Source: Octopus vulgaris (lineage: Eukaryota). From it: a stretch of DNA of 64,000 nt. The number at the start of each line of letters is the position of its first letter. Positions within the stretch are counted from its first letter, which is position 1. The stretch lies in NCBI GenBank assembly GCA_951406725.2, contig OX597814.1, forward strand, positions 5,394,001 through 5,458,000, read 5' to 3'. A program made the position numbers and the translations under genes. Of the stretch, positions 48,235 through 62,200 are shown in pieces. Below the pieces are notes generated by a model. The model saw nothing but the letters and a program-made list of their open reading frames with translations, was not told the DNA's origin and searched no databases.

Positions 48235-49550
48235 GTGCATTTTGGGCCACCTTGCTACATTCCCTCACAATATATGGAGTTGTTCCATTTTTGCTTCCAC
48301 ACATCCTCCAAAGGTGCAATTTGCTACACTTATCTATTTGGAACTTGATGTAATAATTCTCAGAGCTTGTTTCCGGCAGCAGCTGCATATCAATCCCTCA
48401 GTGTATCCTTTCAGATCACTTTCTCTAAGCCATCTCCAAGTGTTGATCTTGTCTTTTCCTTTGATTTCTCTCACCTATTGCTCATTCATTGTTTCCATTT
48501 TCCAATTGTTTATTCTTTCTTCTTCATCTTGTTTCTTAAATGTTTTCACGTGCATCATATTTTCCATAGGTATCCTGTTGTTGTTTTCAACTGCAGCAAG
48601 CAAGTGATATTATCATCCCAGACTTCTAATTGGCAACACAGATCTTGCATCCTCTTCCTCCCCTCTTCCTAGGTACATACAACCTGTCAGTAGTGTGTAG
48701 GTTCCTTGTTAATTGTCATTACTCTTCCTCTATTCCTGTCCACTTCCTCAAGTTCGTTTTTTTTGTTCACCTAACAACACCTGTGCCATATTGCATTAAG
48801 GAATCAGCCCATGTGTTCATTGTCCTGATCTTGTTTTTTTTTTCCATTGAGTCTACTTCCTATAATTAATTTGCTTCTTCTGAGATATTCTCACATAATT
48901 CAAGATGTCATCAGACGCCTGTACCAACACAAGACTTTCTAAAATCCAAGAATGGGGAACCATGTCACACACTTTCTTATAATCGATACACACCATTCCC
49001 AGATTAGTGAGTCTTTTCGTGCTGTCGTTCAGCACCATTCTGTCTATCAGAAGTTGAGCATTTGTCCCTCAGCTTTTCCTCCAGCATCCCTCTGTTCAAC
49101 TGGCAGTTTTTCATTCATTTCCAGCAAGTTAGACACACAATTAGCTATTATTCAGCTTCCACATGAGAGCTAGGCAGGTGACAGGCTGCTAATTATCTAC
49201 TGCATTACTTTTACTGGCATTATTTTTGGCAAACAACCATTTTATCTGTGCTCAGCCTCTTCCACCCTGTCGGTGATCATTTTATCCATTTGTGCAGCTA
49301 TTCTTTTGTGTAGTGCTGGGAAATTTTCCAGCCAATACCCCTGGACCCTATTCCAGCCTGGATGTTTCCAGTTTAGGGTTTTTGTTGTTTCCGCAGTTGA
49401 TATCTGAGCCCTGCTTCTCCATCCTCAAGTCATGCATCCGCTTTTTATATCTTCTTACGGGGCTTCCCTCCATCATGAACAGGTTAACTCAAAAAAATAA
49501 CACCATGACAGCTGTATTCAATGCCTGAGTCCATTTTGTTCTAGCAGCTG
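48235..49550 (-). mobile_element. RLE-type LINE, highly degenerate
   Basis: IDYKKVCDMVPHSWILESL (ORF 48853-49038) and a decayed C-terminal knuckle segment. Confidence 0.7.
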
Positions 49551-50474
49551 TATAATGAAGACTGGGCCTGTGCTGCTGAGCCACGGGACACCTGCTGGGT
49601 GACAGTCTCTCACCTGTAGTTTTGTCCTCGTTTATGCTGTTGTTTGTATTCTTTTATCCATTACTCATGCAGAAGAAAGTGTTGATAAGGTGTCACAACC
49701 CCCAGTATTTTTATCAAGACACCATCTCTAGTGGGATCTTTTAAAAAAAGACTCAAGTGGACTCCTTTATCCTCAAGAGTTTAAAAGAGCTATCCTGCGC
49801 TGAACACCAGCCTGGTATGCAGATAGGAGAAGTGTTAAACATGAAGCCTGGCAGAGTAAGGTGTATATAAGAGGTGGGGAGGGGGAGATTAGTGAAAGCA
49901 GAGAAAGGGATGATCCATGGAAGGTTGTATGGACGGAGATGATGATGCAAGTGAGGCAACTGGTATTAGCGAAAGGGTGGTGGTGGTGGTGGTGATGAAT
50001 ATGTGCAGATTCTGCTCTCAAATGGTTACAGCAGCAAAGTAGGACCGTAGTTAGAAGAGTAATGGAGGGATGGGTGTTAGGAAGATGAGATGTGGTGAAG
50101 GGGATGCTTCACAGGGACAGATGTGGGTGTAGGGCCCAGCATGGGCATGAATAACCACAATGCATTTAGGACCTCACTTTTGCTATGACAGATGTGTGTT
50201 TTTGTATCATTTTGTACAACTTGGACCAGGATGGAATATGGACATTAAACCATGATGGGATAATGAGAATAATTGGTCTATATATATATGTATATATATG
50301 TATATATATATGTGAGTGTGTATATATATATACATATATGTGTGTGTGTGTGTGTGTGCATTTGTGTGTGTGTATATATATAATGTCTATATTAAAGAAG
50401 AGATATGTGTATATATGTATATATATTTATGTGTCTGTATATATATACAAACACTGATATTTGTTTATTTTCAG

Positions 50475-50569
50475 ACACCGTATCGTCGACACCCAAAACT
50501 AATGTGACATCCAGAGAAAATGCTGGCATCAAAATAAACCTAACGATTGATTCAATTTCGAATGCATTT
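50475..50569 (+). CDS. PARP14: PARP14-like exon, linker and start of macrodomain 3
   Basis: tttattttcag|ACACC...GCATTT|gtgagt; 95 nt, phase 1-0. DTVSSTPKTNVTSRENAGIKINLTIDSISNAF. Confidence 0.85.
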
Positions 50570-50850
50570 GTGAGTAAATAGATTCATGTAACTTATTTAT
50601 ATTTAATTGTTATTTCATTTCCAAATGAGGAATCATTACAGTTAATTAAAACATTTTCTCAATCAAACTCAAACATTTTATTTCCTTCACATCTGATATC
50701 TTGAGTATATCTTTTGCTAACTTTAACAACCTCAAACTTACTACAGCCATTCTGTACAGCCTTTCTTAACAACAATATCAACTGCAACAATGTATCTCTC
50801 TTCTCTCCACGGAATGTTCCTTAGCTGTTTAACATAAATTACTTTTTTAG

Positions 50851-51078
50851 GTTGATGTCATCGTTAACAGCACCAATAAACAGCTCCAGCTTAATGATGG
50901 TTCTATCTCCAAATTTATTCTCAATGCTGCTGGTCCTGAGATACAAGATGAATGTAACCAGAAATATCCTCAAGGTATTTCTACATCTGAAATAGCCATC
51001 ACTAAAGGATACAACCTCAAATGTGACAATGTATTTCATCTGGCATTACCTGACTGGGATGAAAATTCTTCTCATTCA
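50851..51078 (+). CDS. PARP14: PARP14-like exon, macrodomain 3
   Basis: acttttttag|GTTGAT...TCA|gtaagt; 228 nt, open frame; paralog of 28302-28529. Confidence 0.9.
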
Positions 51079-51898
51079 GTAAGTATCAATCATATGATAT
51101 TGTTTGACTGAAAGAGTTGTTGTACAACCCTAGGTTTTCATTGATCCAGCATCCCTGTGGCATGAATGGAATTGTCCATAAAACTCTGCACAACCCACAG
51201 ATCTGTTTTTCCAGTCATACAACACCTCCGTTTGCTTCAAGACAGTAGCATGTACTTTGATGTCCAGTGATGTACAGTTTGGGCTACAGTGTGACAGTCT
51301 GGTGTTGTGGTATTCTGTACAGTTTCCAAAGCATGGATTCTGGTTGTTTGAAATTGATGTAGACTCTATTGTAGATATTCCCTGAACATTTCGACTCAAC
51401 CATAGTCTCTTGTGTGCAGTGGAGAGTCTTTTGTGCCTGTGGCACCCTGCCTTGTGGGTGGTTTTGTTGCTTCTTGCAGTATGTTCTCACCCAGATTTCC
51501 CTCTTGTAAATAATAATTAATCTCCCCTCTTCCATATTACTGGTTTTTTTTTTGTTAATTACAAAATTCCACCGGAATTACACTGTGCAACCACCAAATC
51601 TTGGAACATTTCTCTTTCTATTCATGGCATCCATATCTTCACTCAGACCAGACTTCCTGCTATCATATGATCTGTGTTGATCCTTCTGTCACATGATCTG
51701 TGTTAATCCAATGACCACATGATCTGTTAATCCAATAATCACTAGAAGTTGATTAATGTTATTCAAATGTGTAAAACATTTCTGTTTAGAACAACAAATT
51801 CTGTGTGGAATCAAAGAATATATTAATTACAACTTAACGATTCCTTCCTGTAATAAAATGTTCATTATCAATTACTAAACAATTATCTTTTTTTTTAG

Positions 51899-52126
51899 AT
51901 TCTGGCAAACTTGACTGAAATAATAACCATTTGTCTGAAAAAAGCTGAGGAATTGGGAGCAAAAAGCCTTGCATTTCCTATATTAGGTGCTGGGATATTG
52001 AAGTACCCCATTGAAAACCTACCCAGAACTATGTATGAAGCAGTGAAAAACTACTCAATTCAAAATTCAAGCCGGATCAAAGTTGTAAACTTTGTGGTTT
52101 ATCCTCAAGACACAGAAATAGTAAAG
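51899..52126 (+). CDS. PARP14: PARP14-like exon, macrodomain 3 C-terminal half
   Basis: ttttttag|ATTCTG...AAG|gttggt; 228 nt. AKSLAFPILGAGILKYP; paralog of 29110-29337. Confidence 0.9.
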
Positions 52127-52924
52127 GTTGGTTGATGTATTTGTTGTTTGTTGTTTTATGTTGATATTCTTGGAATTTACCAAAGTGATATTCCACAATA
52201 AAGAAAAGAAGTAGAAATGATCCTCATTTACAGCCCTTGTTCCATTTTGTAGTGGGTGCAACATTTTGACTGGCTCCAATGAGCCACAAGGGTTTATTGA
52301 ACCCCAGTGTCTGCTTTGGCATGGTTTCTATGGCTGGATGCCATTCCTAGTGCCAACCACTTCACAGCATGTCCTGGGTACCTTTCTTCATGCTACCTTT
52401 AATGCTGTTCATTATATTTTGTTGTGCTTTATCCTTTCATTATACCATTTCCCATCACCAAATTCTTGCTTCTGAAATATTCCATTGTAACATTTGAAGC
52501 TAAGAATGTTTTGTTTGTTGTTGTTGTTGTTGTATCCAAAACCAACTCTACAAGAATTGGTAACACTGAAGGACTTCTTTACAGTTTGGCTGCTGATTTT
52601 ATTGTTCTTATTTAACCCTGAGTCAGTTCTGATTCAGCGGATTTGAAGACAGTGATGTCTGTCTTCCTTTCACTCTTTTCCTCCTCCAAGCTGCCACAAT
52701 CATGACACATTTAAACAATGCCACACCAATAATCTCTGTCTGCCTCCCCCCCTTTCACTCTGTTTCTTGTTCTGTGTCTTTTCCAATAAAATCAATGTAA
52801 CTGAGTGGAACTCAACCTCCTGTCGGAGTGGGTAAATCTCCAAAATATAAAATCTGATACGGTCGAGTGTTCAACAAAGTAGCAGGGGTCAGCAAACCCT
52901 ACATCCAGCAGAGATGGGTGGAAT

Positions 52925-54670
52925 ATCATCATCATCATCATCATTGTTTAATGTCTGCTTTCCATGCTAGCATGGGTTAGATGGTTTGACTGAGGACTGG
53001 CAAGCCTGAAGGCTGCACCAGGCTCCAACCTGATCTGGCAAGGTTTCTATAGCTGGATGCCTTTCTCAATACCAGCCACTCCGAGAGTGTAGTGGGTCCT
53101 TTTTATGTACGACTGGCATGGGGGCCAGTCATGTGGCACTGGCAACAACCTCACTCAAATGGTGCTTTTTACGTGCCACCGACACAGATGCCAGTCAGGC
53201 AGTACTGGCATTGTCCACCACAATGACTTCACTTGACTCAACAGGTCTTCGCAAGTGCAGTTTATCACCCAATGATTGATGAGTACTCTTAAATGGGCTG
53301 ATTATATTACACTGGCATAGGCCATGGTTATGGTCTCACTTGGCTTGCCAGGTCTTCTCAAGTACAGCATATCTCCAAAGATCTTGGTTGCTTGTTATCA
53401 CCTCCGTGTGTTCCAAAATTTCATGGTCATTCTTCACCACCTCATTCCTGGTCTTCCTGGGTTTACCTCTTCCACAAGTTCCCTCCACTGCTAGGGTGTG
53501 ACACTCTTTCACACAGCTATCCTCATCCATATGCAGCACATGACCATACCAGTCGTCTCTCTTGCACACCACATCTGATGATTCTTATGTCCAACTTTTC
53601 TCTCAGGGTTCTTAAACTCTGTTGTGTATCCACACTGACATTACACATCCAGTGGAGCATACTGGCTTCATTCCTTGCAGCCTTATGCATGTCCTCAACT
53701 GTCACAGCCCATGTTTCACTGCCGTGTAGCATGGCTGTTCTCACACATGCGTCATACAGTCTACCTTTCACTTGGAGCAAGAGGCCCTTTGTTAACAGCA
53801 GAGGTAGGAGCTCTCTGCACTTTGCCCGGGGTATCCCTGTACATGTCTTGCACAGCTCTCACTAACAATTCCTCTATCCCTAGTTTCCACACTGACCACC
53901 AAATAATGGATCGGAAACCCTGTCAAAAACTTTCTCCATATTAACAAAAGCCAAGTACAGAGGTTTATCTTTGGCTAGGTATTTCTCCTGCAGCCGTCTT
54001 ACTAGAAATATAGCATCACTGGTGCATTTCCCTGGCACAAACCCAAACTGTATCTTGTCTAAACTGACTCTCTCTCTAATTATTTCTTTCTAATGCATCA
54101 CCTTTACCTTTGTAGAAGTTAACCAAGGTGCTGCTACACCAGTCATTGGGTATGACTCCTTCATGTATCACCACATTGACTACACGAGTGACTAGACCAG
54201 TGGTTCCCAAACGTTTTAGAGTCGCGACCCACTATTTATCACACCAGTTTATGACGACTCACTTAACTCTACTGAATATCTCGATAGACAACAGTTAATC
54301 AAAGCTAATGTGTAATTTTATAACTTTTTACGACCCACTAAGATTCTGTTCGTGACCCACAGATGGGTCGCAACTCATAATTTGGGAACCACTGGACTAG
54401 ACTATAGCCTACACCACCAGATATTATAAGCACCTCTGCAATGATTCCTGATGGACTGGGGCTTTCCCTGTCTTCATACCCTTAATTGCTTTATCTACTA
54501 AGGTACTGTAGATTTAGATAGCTGGTCCCTCTGTTGGGTCGACATTTGGCAGGCTCTCTTTCTCCCATTCATTCTCTTCATTTGGCAACCTTTCATAGTG
54601 GTGTCTCCAAGTCTCTCTCTTTGCAGCCTCATTAAATGCAAGCGAGCCATCATCCATGCGGACACATTTC
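52925..54670 (-). mobile_element. RTE-clade LINE, internally deleted
   Basis: ORF pieces 53336-53780 and 54514-54705; (CAT)n tail at 52925; interrupted by a hAT MITE. Confidence 0.88.
54198..54394. mobile_element. hAT (Charlie-like) MITE, 197 bp
   Basis: 14-bp perfect TIR CAGTGGTTCCCAAA/TTTGGGAACCACTG; 8-bp TSD GACTAGAC at 54190-54197 and 54395-54402. Confidence 0.93.
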
Positions 54671-55765
54671 TTTTCCATAAATAATGTGATTTTTTTCCGT
54701 TGCATGAACTGAAAGTCGGAGGGGGATGGGATAAACTACCAGCATCAACTTACTATAAAAGCAGGTAGTAATTTTACCTTTTAAATATTCTTAATGCAAG
54801 TGTTGAAGAGTGCAGTTCAATTTTAACAGTTATTTTTTCAAAGCTACAATGGAAGTTACAAAGGATCATATTTGGCATATTTTGCTTAATGAGTTCAATA
54901 AAGGAAGCAACGCAATGGAATGTGCGAGGAATATTAATGCAGTAAATGGGGATCGGACAATAAGTGTAAACCAGTGTCAATGGTGGTTCCACAAATTCTC
55001 AGTCGGAAACTACAGCCTAGAAGACGACCCTCATTCTGGAAGATCTGTAGAGCTCTATGAGGATGTCCTGCAAAGCCTGGTGGAACAAAATCCCATCATA
55101 ACTGTTAAGGAACTAACAGAGAAGCTTGGATTTGGTCATTCAACCATTCATCGACACCTGCATGCCATCAGACAACTCAGCAAACAGCAAATTGTGTCAA
55201 TGATTTCCTCACAAACTTTCTGAGTCTAATCATGCACTGAGAGTGAAGGTGTGCTCTTCTTTGCTGTCACATCTCATGAATGAATCTTTTTTGGACTGAA
55301 TAGCGACTGGTGACAAGAAATGGGTTCTCTATAAAAATGTCAAGTACTGAAGACAGTGGGTAGGAAAAGGAGAAAGACCGACACCCCAGGAGAAAAAAGG
55401 TCTTCACCCATATAAGGTGCTGTTATCAGTTTTGTGAGATATGAAAGGTTTAGTCCACTTTGAACTTTTAAAGCCAAACCAAACGATAATGAAGGAGATC
55501 TACAGTGAGAAGCTTGAGCAGTTTAAGTCAGCACTAGAAGAACAACGACCATCTTTGGTTTCAAGACGAAAGGTGTTCTTCCATCAGGATAATGTTTGGC
55601 CACATACAGCAAGAATGACATTCCAAAGGCTGGAGCAGTTTGAATGGGAAACGATGCCCCACCAACCATATTCGTCAGACACTGTTCCATCTGATTATCA
55701 TTTATTCTGCAGTCTTCAAAGATGATTTGGATGTAAAAAATATGAATTCTAGAGACGAGGTCAGA
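54670..55765 (+). mobile_element. Mariner transposase pseudogene
   Basis: HILLNEF..G...ARNI...WF.KF..G..SLED..HSGR HTH region; TGDKKW; FHQDN..PH; PYS.D..PSDYHLF. Multiple stops and frameshifts; TIRs not identified. Confidence 0.9.
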
Positions 55766-56179
55766 AGAGCAATGAAAAAACAGGGTTTGTGCATAGAAGC
55801 CGTGATACAACGGAAGTAAACTTTAGAAGGCATTGTTTTAAACAGTATGAAAGCAATGCGTGAGAGAAAATACATGTGTGTGTGTGTGTGTGTATATATA
55901 TATAGGGAGAGAGAGAGAGAGGCAGAGAGAAAAATAAGAGACAGAGATTCATGGTAACAAATAGAGAGAAAGAAATTTGTAGTTGAGTTCTCATTGAAAA
56001 TTATATTTTCATATTATTATTTATGGATGACCCTTCATTGAGATGCAGACTTTGAATATCAAATTCATTTTTCCTTGAGATTACATCGTTTCAGGGCTAA
56101 CCACACATACAGAACCATAGACACTCATATCAATGTAATGGATGTACAATATCTGTGTGTACAGACTAATGTAAATGTC

Positions 56180-57155
56180 TTCATCATCATCATCATCATT
56201 TAGCATCCGCCTTCCATGCTAGCATGGGTTGGACGGTTCAACTGGGGTCTGCGAAGCTGGAAGGCTTCATCAGGCCCAGTCAGATCTGGCAGTGTTTCTA
56301 CGGCTGGATGCCCTTCCTAACGCCAACCACTCCGTGAGTGTAGTGGGTGCTTTTTACGTGCCACCAGCACAGGTGCCAGACAGAGTTGGCAAACGGACAC
56401 GAACGGATGGTGCTTTTACGTGCCACCGACACGGGAGCCAGACAGAGCTGGCAAACGGCCACAAACGGATTGTGCTTTTACGTGTCACCTGCACGGGGGC
56501 CAGGCGAGGCTGGCAACGGACACGAACAGATGGTGCTTTTACGTTCCACCGACACGGAGGCTAGACGGGGCAGCGCCGGCAACGACCACGATCGGATGGT
56601 TCGCTTAACCACAGCTGCAATTCCCACTGATGTTGATCGACCTCAATTTGGTTCTGTTTACTGATATATGAATTGATTTGGTTTGATTTTGATTTTAACT
56701 GTTCTCACTGGTCTTGCCGGGTTTTCTCACGCACAGCATACTTCCAAAGGTCTCGGTCTCTGGTCATTTCCTTGGTGAGACCTAAAGTTCGAAGGTCGTG
56801 CTTCACCACCTCGACCCAGGTTTTCCTGGGTCTACCTCTTCCACAGGTCCCCTCAACTGCCAGGGTGTGGCACTTTCGCACACAACTATCTTCAGCCATT
56901 CTCATCACATGACCATACCAGCGCAAACGTCTCTCTTGCACACAACAACTGATGCTTCTTAGGTTCAACTTTTCTCTCAAGGTACTTACACTCTGTCGAT
57001 TATGAACACTGATGTTACACATCCATCGGAGCATACTAGCTTCATTTCTTGCGAGCTTATGCAAATCCTCAGCAGTCACAGCCCAAGTTTCACTACCATG
57101 TAACATGGCTGTACGTACACATGCATCATACAGTCTGCCTTTTACTCTGAGCGAG
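56180..57155 (-). mobile_element. RTE-clade LINE 3' fragment with tandem UTR repeats of about 60 bp
   Basis: ORF 56705-57106; repeated gtgcttttacgtgccacc...ggcaaacgg units at 56345-56600. Confidence 0.88.
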
Positions 57156-57867
57156 ATCGGTATATATATATTTTTATAGTAATGTAAACATCATGTCTCT
57201 ATAAACTATATTGTCTATGCATAGATGGGTGTAAGCAAGACGAGTGTATATAAACTGAGTGTCATATAAACACTTTCTGTATACAATATGTGTTGGAGAC
57301 AGGAAAAGATTGTTTGGCTGGACCCGTTCCTTTTCTTCTTTCTCCTTTTATCTATACCCACAGTGTTGGGTACACATCTGCAGATATACTCTGTAGGACA
57401 GTATATATAGCATTGAAGTAAAGCACTGTTGACATACCAGTAATTCACTGGAATTTACTCAAAGCCAGTCTGTTTCAACAGAAATGTTCTTCCTTTGGTT
57501 TTAAACAGTTTTGAAAATAATGAGGAATTAAGTAAAATCGGTTTGTCATTATTAAGCTGGTGTTTGGGCATAACATGGAATCTTGATACCAAATTCAATT
57601 CCATGAATAATTTTTTACAGTCACTTAAACAAGCAAATTTCATTTCTTTTTATTCTGTAAGTAAAAATTCCTCCCCAAACAACAGAATATTCAAAAGCCT
57701 CTTCCTCATAGGAAGTTATTCTATGATACAATAAATGGAAATATTAATTTAAAACAATATTTGTGATAGAAACAATGAGTTAAAACATTGCATTGTAATT
57801 AAGAGAAATTAATTAGGAAATTATTTTTTCATTGAGTGATGATAAATTATTTGCTTACTTCTAACAG

Positions 57868-57922
57868 AAATTTAAAGAATATTTCCAAGAAATTTCAACA
57901 GATGGTTCAACTGCATCATCAG
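57868..57922 (+). CDS. PARP14: PARP14-like short exon, end of macrodomain 3
   Basis: cttacttctaacag|AAATTT...TCAG|gtaaat; 55 nt, phase 0-1, KFKEYFQEISTDGSTASS; counterpart of 44979-45033. Confidence 0.78.
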
Positions 57923-58165
57923 GTAAATTCTTTCTGTTTACTTATATTAAATATTATGCTAGTGTCACGTAACTACCACCTGTGCTGGTGTCACACAAAT
58001 GGCACATAGAAAGCACCCATTACACTCTTGGGGTGGTTGGTGCTGGGAAGGGCCTTGAACTGTAGAAAGCATGTCAAATCAGATGGAACCTGGTGCAGCC
58101 CCCACCAGCTTACCAGTTCCAAGTCGACCAGTCCAATCCATGCCAGCATGGAAAGCAGATGCTAA

Positions 58166-58196
<31 letters not shown>

Positions 58197-58214
58197 AGAA
58201 AATGAGATGACAGG

Positions 58215-58294
58215 AACTTACAGCTGTTTCTTCTATAAGATGCAATGGACTCTTAGCTGAGTGCTGAACGGCACCTTGTAGTTTCATCAGAGCC
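58215..58294 (-). ncRNA. Type I hammerhead ribozyme-like motif
   Basis: Minus strand GGCT-CTGATGA-AA-CTACAAGGTGC-loop-GCATCTTATAG-AA-GAAA-CAGCTG-TA-AGTT; palindromic helix III ACAGCTGT. Confidence 0.62.
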
Positions 58295-59011
58295 TCAAAT
58301 AAGAAGGGCAGCTTATTTGGGAGAAGAATTATAATTATGCATCGCCTTACTGGCTCCCAGAACTGCCTGACTGGCCCTTGTGGTTGGCTTTAGGAAGGAC
58401 ATCCATCTGTAGGGAGCTGCCAGCCAAGGCTACACAGACCAACCATGCAACCAAGATAGCATCCCTAGGGAACTGCCAGCCAAGGCCACACACACCTCCC
58501 ACCACTCCCTTTGTGGTAGATTTATCCTTATAAAGGCAATCTCTAATGTTTTTGTTGTTGGGTGTTCATTCTTCTTGTTATTGCCTTTTTTTGGCAGCAG
58601 TACTGTTAAAGAAATACTGTTTGGATGGCTGTCGAATCTGCAGAGATCATCCACCCTTTGACAGGTTTTGTTTTTCATCCTGCAGGGTGGCCACCCAGCC
58701 TCTGCAGAAACAATTCCTGTCTTTTCTTTGCCTGTCTTCTCAATGTACCCACCCTAATCCTACCCTTTCACTCCACTGGTTCCGTTTTGCTTCAATAGCA
58801 GTATTTAGTTCATGCCACAAAACTCCTTGCTCTCCCAAATTTATGGGGTTGATGAAATAAGGACCACCTGAGCACTGGGGTCGATACAAACACCTAGCCC
58901 CCCACCCCACCCCCAAAATTTCAGGCCTTGTTCCCTATAGTAGAAAGAATTATCAACATTATTATTATTATCATTATTATTATGTTCTAGTGTTACTTTC
59001 TTTCATACAAG

Positions 59012-59077
59012 CTTCAACCAAGTCTCAACCAGGGAAGTCACAGAAGAAAAAATTTAGGCATCGAAATGTGAAAAAAG
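59012..59077 (+). CDS. Candidate next exon of the PARP14-like gene (basic linker)
   Basis: ctttctttcatacaag|CTTCA...AAAG|gtgagg; 66 nt, phase 1-1, open in the expected frame (ASTKSQPGKSQKKKFRHRNVKK). No homology support. Confidence 0.5.
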
Positions 59078-59269
59078 GTGAGGTGACATGCATTTTGGAG
59101 AACTGATTCCTCTATATGAAATGATGGAATCATCTTTTTCTAAAATTTATAAAACTGAATGAATTTACAGAGAAAGAAATTTACATAATATTTTATTATT
59201 ATTATTATTTTTTTTTTTTCCTTCTTTCTTCAAATTTTCTTCCATTTCTCACCGAGTGTTTTCCATACA

Positions 59270-62200
59270 CTATTATTATTATTATTCAGTAGTTTTATTT
59301 TTATAGCGTGCTTTCACTTCACTACCGAGTGCAGTTCTGTGTGCCTTGGGTATGTGCTGTGATTTGTTGTGATGCTCTGATGGTTATTGTATGGAAAGTG
59401 TTCTGCGTAGGATGTGTGCAGTGCCTAGTAGTGCAATTTTCTGTATGTTATATGTGTTTGTAAGTCCTGGTGTTTTTGTTATGTATTTGTCTGAATATTT
59501 TTTTATCATGCCTAATGCACCTACTATGATAGGAATTGTTTCTGTTTTAGATTCCACATTCTGGTTACCTCTATTTCCAGGTCTTTGTATTTTGAAAGTT
59601 TCTCCATTTCTTTTAGAGACACATTGTCATCTGCTGGTATTGATACATCAATTAGAAAGCATTTTTTTTCTTCATGATCTCTCACAACTATTTCTGGTAT
59701 GTTGGCCTTAATTTCTCTATCTGTGTCTATCGGCATATGCCAGAGTATGGTTGCTTTCTCGTTTTCTGTGACCTTTTCTGGTGTGTGCCTATACCATCTT
59801 TTTTCTGTTGTTATTCCATAATGTTGGCATAGCTTCCAATGTATGTAGGTTCCAACTCTGTCATGTCTGTGAATATATTCCTTCTCAGCCAGGACTGGGC
59901 AGCTAGAGATAATATGATTTATTGTTTCTTGTCCATCTCCACATATTCTACAGTTACTTGTTATATTTCTTTTCATTACATGTTTTTGGTGATTTCTGAT
60001 GAGGAGGCTTTGGTCTTGTGCTGCAATCAAAAATCCCTCTATCTCTGCTTTTAGTCCTGAGCTTCTCAACCATTGCTGGGATTTTTCTCTGTCTATTTCT
60101 TTTGCATTTAGTTTAACCCAGTATTTGCCATGAAGAGGCTTTTCTTGCCATCATTTTATCATGGTCCGTTGCTGTTCTAGTTTTAATTTGGATTTCATTT
60201 GTTTTATAACTTTTGTTGTTTCTTCTTCTTCATAGTTGTTAGGTGGTATGACTTCTTTTTTTGCATTTGTCAGCTTCCTTAAATACTGAGAACAATTTTT
60301 TGTTTTGTTTGTGTTTTGTGGCTATTTGTATTAGTTTTCTTTGCTTCTGAAGTAGGTATTTTTGCAGTCCTATGGTGGTTATTTTATAGTAGTTTTCCAG
60401 CTTTATAAGGCCTCTACCACTTTCTATATGTTGTATATATAACCTTTCTATGTCAGATTTTGGGTGATGCATCCCAGATCCTGTCATTATTTTTCTTGTT
60501 TTCCTATCTATTTTGGTTAGTTCATTTAGTGTCCAGTTAAGGATATTGTAGCTGTAACTTATAACTGGGACGGCTAAAGTATTAATACCTGTTATCTTGT
60601 TTTTAGCATTGAGCTCTGTTTTTAGTATTGATCTAACTCGTCTATAGTATTCTTTCTATATTTTCTCTTTCATTTGTGTGTGTTGTGTCTTATCTAGTTC
60701 ATGGACTCCTGAATATTTGTAAGTTTGGCTTTGGTCTAATTCTCTTATTTCATTGGCTTTTTCTAGTGTGATGTTGCTACTCCTAACTAGTTTTCCTCTT
60801 TTCAGGGTTACTTTGGTGCATTTTTCTAATCCAAATTTTATATCTATTTCTTTGTTAAATCCATGAACTGTCTTTAGTAGTGTTTCCAGCTGTTTGTCAT
60901 TTGTAGTGTATAGTTTTAGGTCATCCACATATAAAAGGTGGCTGATTGTTTTGCTGTAACACTTGTATTTGCATCCAGTTCTATTTAGCATATCAGATAG
61001 AGGTGACAGTGCCAAGCAGAAAAGGAGTGGAGAGAGCGTGTCTCCCTGGAATATTCCTCTTCTAATGGGGATAGCTTTGGTTTTCACGAGTCCCTCTTTT
61101 GTTTGGAGCTGTAGCACTGTCTGCCATTTATTCATAGAGTGTCCTATTTATTTTATAATTGTTGGTGCTACCTTGTTAATGGCTAATGTTTTGAGGATCC
61201 ATGTGTGGGGAATGCTATCTAACACCTTTCAGTAGTCAATCCATGCCATACTGAGGGCTTTCTTCTTTCTGTGGCTGTCTTCAGTTTTGGCTTTATTGAT
61301 CATTAGTTGATCTTTACAGCTATGTGAGCCTTTGCAGCATCCTTTTGCTCTTCTGGAAACAGGTTGTTTTCGTCCAGGTGCTTATTTAATCTTTGTGATA
61401 GTACTGCAGTGAATGCTTTGTACATTGTACGGAGACAGGTTATAGGTCTGTAGTTTTCTGGTTTTGCTGCCTAATTGGATTTGGGAATTATGATGGTTTT
61501 CCCCTTCATGAGCCATTCAGGCATTGTCTCTGGCTCTGCCAGTATGTTGTTAAAGTTTTCAGCCAGCTTTTTGTGCATTCCTGTCAGATATTTTAACCAG
61601 AAGTTGGGGATCCTGTCATGCCCAGATGCCATCCAGTTGCTTAGTCTTTGCAGTGCCTGGGTAACCTCTTCAGTTGTTATGGGGGTCCAAAGTTGCTCAG
61701 GTGCTAAGTTTGTTGTTTTAATTCTCCTTTTTTTTTGGTTGTTCTTTCGCCAACCATATTTCTTTCCAAAATTCTTCCACTTCTTCTGCTGTTGGTGCTG
61801 CAGTGATGTCTATTTTTTTTTTGCCAAGTTCTTGGTAGAATTTTTGGGGGTTGGAGTTGAACTATTTGTTTTGTTCAAAGAAATGTTGGTGTTTCTCATA
61901 CCAGCGGATCCTTTGTGCTTTGGCAAGGATATCTTGCTTCAGCTTTTCTTTTATCTCAGGTAAATCTTTTTCTGTGATGTTGTATTTGCACAGTATTTTT
62001 GTTTTCTTTTTGTTGCTTAGTAGCGTTGATTGTCTACTGATTTCATTAAGAATCGACAGATCTTTTCTCATTTTTTTGTATTTTGTTTTGGATGTTATTT
62101 ATCCACAGGGTTTGTTTGGGTGGTGGTACTCCTGTTTGGATAGGTTTGAGTGAGTATCCAGCTTCTTTTGTGGCTGCAGTGGCTGCTGCCTATATTATGT

